DNA from: Cycas panzhihuaensis
Lineage: Eukaryota; Plantae; Cycadophyta
Reading direction: 5' to 3'
Length of the DNA stretch: 64,000 nucleotides
NCBI GenBank assembly: GCA_023213395.1
Contig: CM041465.1
Location: forward strand, 137,213,741-137,277,740
This document shows positions 11,570 to 22,513 of this stretch, piece by piece; position 1 is the stretch's first letter; each line of letters starts with the position of its first letter. The position numbers were made by a program, and so were the translations under genes. Under the pieces are notes generated by a model. That model searched no databases, was not told the origin of the DNA, and saw only the letters and a program-made list of their open reading frames with translations.

Positions 11570-14072
11570 TGTTCTCAACTATTAGGAATAGACTCAAGGG
11601 CATCGGCCTTGCAGTTTGTTCAGGTATATTCTCTTACCCTTCTTGCCTTGGCTTGATTAAGGTTAGTTAGAATAGATTGCTTGACATACGCCTGCCTGCA
11701 TGCATTGCTTGTTTGCTTATTCATAATGCATGTGCCTAACAGCACGCCTTGACTATGACGACTCACAGCGGGGGCATTCCTCAGTGAATGCGATACCCCG
11801 TATGGCATACAGCCACCCATGATGTCTCCACAGTTTCCCGGGATTATTTTCGCCAGCTTGTTTGTTCTTGTTACAACGTGTCGCGTATGTTGCAGTCCTT
11901 CCTAAGTCCGGTTTAACCCTTAGTTAGGGCTCTTTGCATTGTTTTGGGGTACTTGCCCTTGCTGCAGGCCTTCCAGCGATATAATTCATGTTTAGCCTTT
12001 GATCTTACCTCAAAACTGATTTTTCTATTATTTTTCTCTTTTTAAATTCGGGTTGATCTGGCGGTAAACTAGGACCGCAGATTCTGTGATCTGTGAGAGT
12101 TCTTGCAGACAACTGCTCGAAATTTAAAAGAGAACCACGTAACGATTCCGCTTTTTCATGGGCCCTTACGTGGCTCCGTCTGATGGGCCTCAACGTCCCC
12201 AACGTTCACTTACATGGACAAGAGATAAAACCTTTTTCCTTTCATTTGCATCATTCTTTAGCTCATTTTCCAAGACTTCCAGAAAAACTCTCCACGAAAG
12301 ACAAAAGAAAGACACGAAATCAAAGAAGTTCGAGCCGCGACAAGCGGGAGGAGAACCAGGCGCCACGGTGGATCTTGGAGGGCCATTGCTGCCCCTTGCT
12401 ACTCTCTACAACTAGCTTTCTTCCTCTTGCGGTACCACAGATCTAAGGGACTTCTTCAACAAAGAAGCTGCCCCAAAGACTCTCTTCACAGCTCCAAACT
12501 CACTAGGAGCCTCCTCCATCCACATTGCAGCAGGGAACACTCTTGATCAGTCCTCATTTGACCTCCATTGCTGTTGTCCCTAGTGGTAGGAGGCATGCAT
12601 GACCTCTCTACACAAGGTACCCCTTAGCTTTACTTGTTTTTTGTATTTTCTTGCATTTCTTCTTCCTTTTACTTGTATTTCCTTTGCTTTTTGCTTGCAA
12701 ATCCTTGGACATACTTGCACTTTTCTTGTTTTATTGGCAAGCATTCCACCTCTTCTTTCCCTTTGCTTTTACCCTTGAATGAAAGTAGCTACCATTGGCC
12801 ATAGTAGTGCTACCTTGACCGAAATCCATCTTTTTTGCTTTTCTTTAGAGTCCTCATTTTCTCCAAGCCTTCTCCCGTTCTTTCCTCAGTCGGCCAGTGA
12901 GGGAGGCGTACACGAGTTCGAGGGAGATGGCGGGGTTACATCCCCATTGTAGTCCTTCTCCCCAAGGGTTAGTCCCTTGTCCTCTTCCCCTTACCATACC
13001 ACATCCCAAGGCAGGTCGGAGGGTTTAGGAGATTGTGTCAGGCGTGCATGGGTTTGAGACCATGCATCGCCATTGTTACCATCAGGCTTTCCTTTCCACG
13101 AGCCTCTGTGGGGTCCTCCCGTGGGTGAGTTAGCCATCCCGCGGCTATACTCAATTCTACTTTGTGTGGTTGCGGCATTTGGTAGTGTAAGAGTATCTTG
13201 TGTGCTCTCGTTTCATTTTTGCTACATTTTAACATATAGCTTAGTTTGTTTAGCTAAGTTGATTTCAGTTTGCAGTACATATACATATATCTCCTTGTAT
13301 ATTTTGTAGCCTCTCCCTCGAGAGGAAGGTGCTCTTTGTGTTCTCTTGCAGGATCGTGTTGGTGGAGGTAGCGCGTGGAGCAAACCCATTGCCGGTTAGC
13401 TCCCGTACGGTATTTGCTCTCTTTTAGTTTTAAGCTTCCTTTTCATCATTTCATTTCATTTGGTTTCGCATGTTCACGGGGAGGTAAGTGAACCCCCTTA
13501 CCACCGTCAACCGACGTCGCGTGCGTGGAGAAAGGAGAAGGAGGGAGCGGAAACCTCGCGAGATCAGTGCTCGCAGCCTCAAAACCTTGAGATCCAGGTA
13601 TTCCTCGTGTTTCCTTTGCGTTTCCTCTTATATTATCCTTGCTTTCTTGCATCTGCCTGATAGGTAAAAAGATAAGAAACATAAAGAAAAAGGGGTAAAT
13701 AAACGTTTCTTACATTTGCTTTTCTGCACTAGTTTATCGCTTTACATAGCATAGTGTAGACACCCTCTTTTGTGCCAAACCCGACCTATCCTTTCGTTTT
13801 GTTTGCTTGTGTGTTGGATCAATTGTCCCCCCTTGCCTTCGTTGCCTTCTCATTGCCTTGAGAAGCATAGCGAGACACCTCCTCTCCTTCCCGGCCATCC
13901 GAAGGGTAGGAAGGCCTCGCTTTTGCACGGCTACCTGGAAGCAACCAGGCACCTTGCGGGTCCGTGCAGCTCGGTGCCGGGCGTCTGCGGTATGATCCTC
14001 GCTATCTAGCCTAGTTAGCGTAGTGTCTTTTATGCCCTTTTTGCTAGACGTAGGGGCACCGTGAGGCGTTTA
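11570..14072 (+). repeat. 3' LTR of E1 (~2.5 kb)
   Basis: Starts TGTTCTC after ...AGGCGA, as in E2. Ends ...GGCGTTTA (E2 ends ...GCGTTTCA). Colinear similarity to the reverse complement of the E2 LTRs. Confidence 0.8.
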
Positions 14073-14079
14073 GATCCCC

Positions 14080-15485
14080 TTTAAAAGGCTTTGTATGGCT
14101 TAAAGTAGCTTATTAAAGCACAGTATTTTTAAAATTGATGATTGCTTTCATAAGAATGGATTTGAAAATTCGTTAGTTGATTCAAACTTGTATATAAAGG
14201 TTCATGATGAAAGATTTGTGATCTCCATGCTCTTGTATGCTGGTGATTTAGTCATAACAAACAATGATACCTCAATTGTAAAAGACTTAAAATAAGATTT
14301 GAATAACACTTTTAAAATGATTGATCTTCGACTACTCCATTATTTCCTCAAATTAAAAGTTTGGTAAAGACACGGTAGGATATCCATTTGCATACTAAAT
14401 ACACATGGAAAATTTTGGAAAATTCGGAATGGAGGACTACAAGCCTTCGTTGATCCCAATGGAAGCATGGACAAAGTTATTAGCTTAAGATGAAGGGAAG
14501 CGTGTATATGGTAATTTATACAGACAAAAGTTAAAAGTTACATTTATTTGATTACAACTAAACTAATATTATTTATGCAATAGGCATGGGATCCAGTTCA
14601 TGATAGAACTAAAGCAAAGCCATTAGAAAATTGGAAGGAGGATTTTGAGATACTTGTAGGAAACATATAGTATGGACTTGAGTTTACCCACAACAATAAT
14701 TTTGTCTTGGAGGGTCTTTTTATTTAGATTAGGTTGGATGCATTGGATAGAAGGTTCATTTTTAGATACTATTTTAGTTTTAGATTAGTTACTGTAACTT
14801 AGAGGAACAAAAACAACCCAATGATGTCATTTCTTTTACTAAAGCCTGAGATAACACTGTAGTTGTAGCATGCAAAGCCATCTAGTTAAAATTGTTTCTT
14901 GGTGATTTAGGTTTTTATTAGAAAGGCATTACAAAGTTGGACCATTATAATTCAAGTACATTGAAGATAGCCAAGAATCTAGTGTTTTATGCATGAAACA
15001 TATTGAGGTGCGTTATCATTTTATTAGAGAGAAGACTCAAAATGGGGAGATTGAGTTGATGTACAACCCTATTAATGAAAAGTTGGCACACATCTTCACC
15101 AAATTATTGGCACAAGACAAACTTGAGAAGTTTAGAGATGGTATTAATATTAAAGCTAATGAAATAAACATTAAGGGGAGTGCTAGAATTAATGTTCGTT
15201 TGGGTCATAATTTAATGTTGTAAGTCCTAGTGGTTAAGCGAGTTCTTGATGGGTTAGTTTGAACCATGTGCTATTGAGAGTTACCAAAGTCTTTAGTGGG
15301 CGCATGACACGAGTTAGGATAATTACCACTCTAATGGATAGTTATTTGGCCAACACTTGTATTTATATCTATATCATACTTTGTATCACACAATTCAATA
15401 TTAATAGAAAATATTTGAAGATAGACTAATTTTACTACAAAGTGTTTGTTTGTTGTTCTATTATTAACTCATTTTTTTTCTTACA
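14080..15485 (+). mobile_element. Ty1/Copia remnant: RT-RNase H, PPT and 3' LTR (15181-15485)
   Basis: KALYGLK at ~14085, DSNLYIKV, FKMIDL..LHYFL, KHIEVRYHFIREK...HIFTKLL. PPT TAAGGGGAG is followed by TGCTAG..., and the LTR ends TTACA. Confidence 0.85.
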
Positions 15486-15536
15486 TAGATAATACTTGGT
15501 GGAGTGAGAGTAGACAAACTCAATATTCTAGGTTGT

Positions 15537-18029
15537 TGAAACGCTCTCCACGGGTAATGATCCAACGCCAGCGGGAAGGACACAAAACCACAGGGGCTAA
15601 TAGGCTAAAGAACGAGGATCATACCGCGGACGTCCGTGGCGCCGGAGCCTTGAGTGCAGGGACCGCAAGGTGCTGGTTGCTTCGTAGCCGCAAGGCGAGA
15701 CCCTCCTACCCTTCGGATGGCCGGAAGGGGAAAAAGGAAACTACTTAGCCGCTACTTCTCAAGGCAATGAGAAAGCGTGAAGGGTAACTCAACCAAACGC
15801 GTCGCAGGTAAGATATATGGAAGAGGGGGTAAGGAGGGATGGGTGAAAGGATGTGAAATAGGATAATAGGGGGGGTATAGGAAAGAAAGGTAGAAGTAAA
15901 GGAAATGGAGAGTAAAAAGGAAGTAGAAAATAAATAGTTATTTCTTCCCCTTTTTCGTATCTTCTTTAACTACTAAACCAAGTCTGAACAAACGTAACAC
16001 CACCAAAAAGAGTATGGAAGGTGAGTGAGAATACGGATCCGTGGGATTGGCCGAGGACGCAGTGTCCGTCACGGTTGCGCTTCCTCCGTCGTCCTCCTCA
16101 GCGTATCGGCGTCGGTTGCAAGCGGTGATGGGGATCACTTACCTCCCAAAGCAAATAAACACTAACTAAACCGAAGCGATAGAAAATAAAGCTCAGCGAC
16201 ATAAACAAAAGGGAGAACGTTACAAACAAGCGCCGACCCAATGGTCGACCCTATGCGCCTTTGTTCAACGCCTGCAAGCAAATAAAGTAATACCTTCCTC
16301 TCGAAAGAGGGCTACGAGATACAAAAGATATATGTATATATGTTGCAAGTAAAGCAAACTAAGCTAAAAGGACATAGTTAAGCAATTATCATGCAATAAA
16401 AGAAACAACGTCATATGATGGGCATGCCAAGGTCATACACCACAAAGCACCGAATGGGGTTGAGTATAACCTCGGGATGGCTAACTCACCCACGAGAGGT
16501 CTCCACGTAATGTAAGGGAAGCGATGCTAGCATGCAACAAGAAGGATCATGGAGCAACGGGTAGCATAAGCCAAAGTAAGCACTCAACGGATTCTCCAAA
16601 GCCTCTAGCCCTATTTCTTAAGCAAAAGGGAGATAAAGGGGAGAGGAAAAGGGACCAACCCTTGGGGAGTAGGACGGCAATGGGGATTCGGAACCCCGCC
16701 TATCTCCCTCAAACCCTCGTGTAACCCTTTATGCCTATTTGCCCAAGAAATGGCGAAAGAGAAGGATGGGAGAAGAAGGATGAGTGGAAGAAAAATGGGA
16801 AACTAAGCCTATCCTTGGGTAACACTCTAATAGGCCACAAATACTATGGTTCCTTGCATCAAATGGCTAAGGGGAAGCCAAGAGAATACATATACAAAAG
16901 GAAGCAAAGAGTTGCAAGTAAAATAATACAAAAAAGCAAGCAAAACACCAAAGAAATGACACCAAATACCTTAATGGTGAAGAAGGGTGCATGTAGGCAC
17001 TTGGCAACTTGGAGCCGGTCCAAGAGATGCCTATGAAGGAATGTAGCATGTCCCTTGCAAGAGAGTGAGATGGTGGAGCCTCATGCAAGAAAATGAGATG
17101 GAAATGGTTTCTGCAATGGTTTTCTTGGTAAAATCCTCTTGGAAGCTTTCAATGTGTGTGAAGAGGAGGAATGCTTGTATTGAGTCCGTGAGGCGAATGG
17201 CCCTGTCTCCAGCAATAGCAGCTTGGTGCCTCCGTCACCGTAGAAAGATGTCTCTTATCACCGCTTTTTGTTCTTTGTCTCTTTGTGAAGAAAATGCTCT
17301 AGGAAAGTTGAAAAGTGAGGTGAATAATGAAGCAAATGAACAAAAATGGTTTTATGTCTTGAGTGAAGCGAGTGAACGTTGGGGCCCCGGGCGCCTCAAT
17401 CCGGATTAGAGCCCTTGGCAGTTCATGAAAAATCGCGAACCGCCGCGTGTTTTTTTTTAAATTTTAACACTCGTCACGATAAACTTAAGCGATGCTAAGT
17501 TATCGCAGAGCCTTGCACCGCTTGCTTGGGAACTCCATGCAGCAATTTACCGCATGATGAATCGAAACCCAAAATGTAAAATTAAAGTAAGAAATCGGGT
17601 TTTAAGGTAAAATCACAAGTTAAACTCAAAATACATTAGTCAAGAGCGCTTTTAGGTCATGGGCATGTGCTCAAAGCGGTGCAAAAAGACCTAACTAAGG
17701 GTTAAACCAAAGCTTAGAAAGGGTTTGCAACATAGCGACGCTGTAACACGCCTAAACAGCCGACAAAAGCATCCCGAAAGACCATGGAGACGCTGTGGGT
17801 GGTTGTACGCTATACGGTGTCGATTGACGATGAATGCCCCTACCGTGAGTCGTCATAGGCTAAAGGTGCCGTTAGTACATGCATAATGAACAAACAATCA
17901 AACAGTATATGGACGCACATGTCAATCAAACCATTCCCACCATCGCAACGATCATAAGTAAGCAAAGTAAAGGCATATACCGCACAAACACGTGGTCGAT
18001 GTGTCGCAAGTCCATTCCCGAATGGAACA
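15537..18029 (-). repeat. 3' LTR of E2 (2493 bp)
   Basis: TGAAACGCTCTCCACGGG...GGAACA; near-identical to 26250-28741. Confidence 0.92.
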
Positions 18030-18112
18030 TCGCCTCGGCAAGCAGAGCCTCACCGCCGAGAGCGTAATGTGATGGCGACGTCATCAACCAAGAAACATGA
18101 GTAGCACATGCA

Positions 18113-18860
18113 TATATATATAAACAATAAAGAGCAAAGACGTGGTCCAAGGGTGCGGGCAAGTGTCGTGGGCGAACGCTGGACAAGGGCGACAGAGACG
18201 AGGACAACGTGGCCGCCGCCGCTCAAACATCGAGCGGAACTCGGCAGCAAGAAGGACGGATGCCCTGCTACCAAGGTGCAATATGAAGTAGCAGTGGCAT
18301 CAGTGACAGGCAAGCGCATCTAACTAACCCGCAACTAGAGACACGCACGGGCCGGCTGTGCAAGCCTCAACCGGCCATCAAGAAGAGGGAGGCGACGCTC
18401 AAGGATGAGGCGGACGAGGTCGTCACCTCGGCATTGAGGTGCCTCGGATATCTTGAATATCCACCGATGAGAAACGAGCCGTGAGGACTCCGGCGGATGC
18501 GAGGGTTCTCAGTGAGGGCACCGCACTGTAAACTGGGTGAGGTGAGACACCACAACCTGAGAGTTGCAGAACAACACAATAGACCCTTGATGGAAACGAA
18601 GAGCACTCCAGTAAGGGGCTTCAATAACTACCGTGTACTCGGCTCATATTGGTAGCCTCGGAAGAAAGATTCCGAACGCATGTAATCATGCCCGAGGGAC
18701 CACGAAGAATCCACGCATGCGGAAGGCCGGGTTGCCGCGACTTCCACCACTCGGTGAAAATGAGGAGAGACATGGTGAATGTCGAACTCGGGCAACAAAT
18801 AGCAATGTAAGCAACACGAAGACTCGAATAGCGAACACGGCGGGCCGTGAGGGTAGGAGG
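18113..18860 (+). pseudogene. Second antisense orphan ORF of E2, with upstream TATA box
   Basis: TATATATATAAA at 18113-18124, then AIKKREATLKDEADEVVTSALRCLGYL..., homologous to E1 10766-11430. Confidence 0.45.
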
Positions 18861-19257
18861 ACCTAGCAATGAGGCTACCCGAGAGCGAGCCATCGGGGCC
18901 TTGGGCGAGAGAAGGCGGACGGGACCTGAGTCCCGAAAGTTGCTTCGGAAAGCAAAACGTGCCCCCAGACGGGGGAACACTTCCTTCGGGAGCTCCAGGG
19001 TGAAAAGGACCAAAACGAGCTCGGAGCGAAACGAGCCAAACAGTATAAACTTCGGGCATGCTCGGGAGCAACACAAGAAATCTGCAAAAGGGCCTCCCCA
19101 AAAATGCGACCATAAAGCGCCATAAATGCTTTCGTAAGAGGAAGCAAGAAGGGCGCCCATGGAGCGCAATGGGCGGCACGAAGGCAAAGGCGATCGCGGA
19201 CGAGACGGTCCCGACGATCGCCACGAGCCAAAACGGAAGAAAAGCCGTGGCCCCCGC

Positions 19258-19264
19258 TATATAA
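19258..19264 (+). promoter_or_regulatory. TATA box candidate for the antisense PMD gene (E2)
   Basis: CTATATAAGGAAAATCAATGAAAACCGGATTCATTTTCAC; context conserved in all three elements. Confidence 0.55.
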
Positions 19265-19862
19265 GGAAAATCAATGAAAACCGGATTCATTTTCACCGGC
19301 TCTTGTACGAAACCCGAGCCTTTCCCTCACGACGGAGCCGCCTCGACTAAACACACCGAGGACGATCCGACCGTTAGATCGGAGCAAGGAGACGATCTAC
19401 CGTGGGAAACGAGATGACGATCACGACGGATCCAATGAGTGGATCCCACGATACCTCGAATTTGCAATTTGAATTTCATCGCTTCATTGAATTTAACAGC
19501 TTTCCCACGCCCTTATGGGCGATCGAGGCCTCCGGTCCGAATCGACCCGAAGAGGCGGACACAGGCATTAGGCGGCCCCGTGGGCCACATGGGTCCACCG
19601 CAGTAAATTTTTGATTTTCGGGCAAAATTCCATTTTTAGAAGGTCGCCGTGATCTGCAGAAAAGATCGCGCTGACCGCGATCTTTGCCGCATATCTCGAT
19701 AGGACGATCGCCGCGGGGCCCGCTCTGAACTTAGCTGTACCGCTAAGTTCGTGAGCAGACGCAACGTAAAGTTGGAAAAACACAAAAGGGCCAAACGCCC
19801 CAAGATCGAAAAGACATAGGGATAGACTGCTAGGAGACTGACTCTCGACTGACTATGACTGA

Positions 19863-21720
19863 TTGCAGGCAGTTATCGCGGTGGACAACCGCGAGAACAT
19901 CGGCGTACCCATTCTGAGTAGCTTAGAGCTGTCGACGGAGGAGGACAAGGCGGTTGTGAAGAGATGCGGCCTATACAAGGCCTTGAAGAACCCTCAGTAC
20001 GCGTCCGATCAGAGACTCCTGGTGGACATTGTGTCGCCTTTGGGATAGGAGGAGGCATGTGTTTCACCCGCCTCGATAGGGACGTCACCATTACTCCGCA
20101 GGATGTCGCGATCACAGGGGTGCTGACCGGGAGACCCGTGAGATTGAGGGCGCCGCTAAGAATGAGGCGACACACAGGCGCCCAGTTCCTCACGGGGAGA
20201 CGGATGGCAATGAGAGGGGCTCCTCTCCGGACCAGACCTTATGTTTGGGGATTCCTCGGGCGAGGAAGCTCATTTTATTATGCATTCGCTCCTGATCTCC
20301 CGAAAGTAACTCTGTGGAGATCCCGGAGGCTGGGTGGACGCAGCACGCCGGTGCGAGGCCGGTGAGAGGATGGATTGGGCTACTCTAGTTGCGGCGAACC
20401 TCGTCGCCCAACCGGATGCGATCGAGCTCGTGGAGAGGAGGCTGTCATACAAAGACATTGCTCCAGTCCGGTTCTTTGACCATTTCGCAGCAGCGGCACC
20501 GCTAGGGGACCGTTCCCCATATCGAGGTGGGCCCCGATGGTCCACAGTGGCGACGCAGTTGAGAGGGACAGGACCGGCCTCATGTCCGCCGGTTTGCCGA
20601 CGCGACATCGCTCGACCTCCTCACCGACAGACTCACGAGCGCATCCATGGCGTGAGGTGGGCGGCGATGACCCGCCAGAGGGGAGCACCCATCGATGAGC
20701 GCCGATGGCGATGGCGACGATGGGGCGACGGGCCGGCCCATCACGACCACTGTGGATCGCAATGGATCACTGGAGTCGCCACAGGAGGGGCAGGCCCGTC
20801 AGGAGCTGCAGAGGCGAGCAGGCGCAGGGACTGGGGACTGAGCTCGGATCGTGAGGAGATCCGGAGAGCGAGAGTCGAGCCCGGCCCCTACCGAGGACGA
20901 GGCGAGGCGCAGGACGTGCTCGAGGATGAGGCAAGCCGCTGGCCACCGGGAGCTGGAGAGGAAGATGCCGCTCGAGCAGAGGGCCCGGCAGCCGCAGCAG
21001 GTGAGACCTAACCGTTCCCTTAGTCGTTTGACATCTAGATAGAATTTTGATTTGATTTGATTTATATCGAGGATACACACTGACGCATGGCATGTTGCCT
21101 CGGGCGGTGCGAGGGAGATCGTGAGGTCGATGGAGGCGGTGGCGAGGGAGATATTCCCTCGTGTCTATGCGAGGGGCAACCGCCCATCCAGTGTGTGATG
21201 AGCCTGGGCAATGGGGCCCACAGAGAGGCATCGCCCGTTGGTGAGGGCGAGGATATATGGGTGCGGAGTCCCAAGAGCACGCTACATCCTGAGGACGACA
21301 GCAGCAGGAGAGAGACGACGCGAGGCGCGAGAGGGATGAGGCGCGGCGCGAGAGAGACGAGCTGCGAGGGCGGGTCCAGGCTCTAGAGGCACAGGGTGGC
21401 ACAAAGTGAGGCAATGAGAGCAGACCCAGTGATAATCATCACAGGCGTCTTAGGACGGAGGAGGCACTCGGGAGAGCGGGATCGTATCCGGGCCGTCTGA
21501 TCGGTGGCCCAGATAGCCTCGAGGTCGAGCAGAGCCGACACATACCTGCAGCGCGGCCACGACTCCGGCCACGGACGAGGCAAGCGAGGCGGGCGGCTCG
21601 GAGGACCAGGAGGAGCCTCGCAGGACGTGGTCCCGGTGAGAGGGATCACGCAGCTGTGAGGCAGGACCCCGGGATCGGGCAGCAGCAGTAGGCTAGGAGA
21701 TCCGCACACATGTATTTTGC
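19863..21720 (+). pseudogene. Antisense PMD-domain gene of E2 (frameshifted copy)
   Basis: QYASDQRLLVDIVS, DVTITPQDV, RRCEAGERMDWATLVAANLVAQPDAIE, EGQPPIQ. Acceptor TTGCAG at ~19868 and donor CAG|GTGAGA at 21001. Confidence 0.8.
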
Positions 21721-22306
21721 CGGGAAAGCGGGCCTGTGGGGTCATATGTAGGCTCACATGATTGTACTCCCCCTGCAAGGACCCCGGCTTCCCACACACA
21801 CGATGTACTATGACATTTTGATATATATATATACATACGGGGCAATTGGAACCCCATTTTGACATGAAATGGTGTACCATGTATGGTAGAGGTAGCATGT
21901 ATGATTTATTTTGTAAATGAGTATTTTTGTATGCTGTAAATGTACATATGTTGTAGATATTTGTTTGTTTTAGAAATGCAAATGTGTAGATATGCAGATT
22001 TTTTTTGTTGTAGATATCTTATTGAAAGTATGCAGGTGTTTCCTTCCATGTATGGCCATATGTCTAACAGGAGCACACACATCCACCGTGAGTAGAGGCG
22101 ATCGAGAGGTGTGAGGTTAGAGGATGGGGCGACATACATGTCCACGAGGGAGCATAGCGGAATGTGCAAAGGAAACAACAAGCATGGAAAGGGGGAGTAA
22201 CGATCCACGTCGTCCTAATTTGGGAATGCCCAAAATAGAAGACAAAGGTTCCCAAGAGCTCATGGGAACGGGTTCCGCAGAGGAACCGGAAGCGAAATCG
22301 AAGAAA

Positions 22307-22466
22307 AATCCACCTTAAATTGCCATTCAACGTAGTTAGGAGGAATGGGGACAACCTAAGATGGTAGTTTAGGCTCGCCGAGCAAGAATCCATCTCAAAT
22401 TGCCATTCCACCCGTGGTTGGGAGGAATGGGAACAATCTAAAATGGTAGTTTAGGCCGTTGCGAGC
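22307..22466. repeat. ~80-bp tandem repeat x2 in the E2 internal region
   Basis: AATCCA.CT.AAATTGCCATTC...GGAGGAATGGG.ACAA.CTAA.ATGGTAGTTTAGGC occurs twice. Single copies occur in E1 (~7100-7170) and E3 (~63440-63510). Confidence 0.8.
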
Positions 22467-22513
22467 GCGAGGAGAGGAAGAGGTGTGCCCAGACCCCATA
22501 AAGGTAGGGGTAG

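Larger units (their letters stand above)
1..14072 (+). mobile_element. Ty3/Gypsy non-chromovirus (Tat-like) LTR retrotransposon E1; 5' LTR lies outside the window
   Basis: Domain order gag-PR-RT-RH-INT on +, then an antisense cassette, then a ~2.5-kb LTR homologous to the E2 LTRs. Right end abuts a Copia RT. Confidence 0.9.

Noticed and set aside
13329-13351. Conserved GT...TTGCAG in the LTR as an intron
   Set aside because: Only ~23 nt, too short for a spliceosomal intron.
11570-14072. Hammerhead ribozyme (retrozyme-like) in the LTRs
   Set aside because: No CTGATGA...GAAA core with flanking helices found by eye. An Infernal scan would be needed to exclude it.
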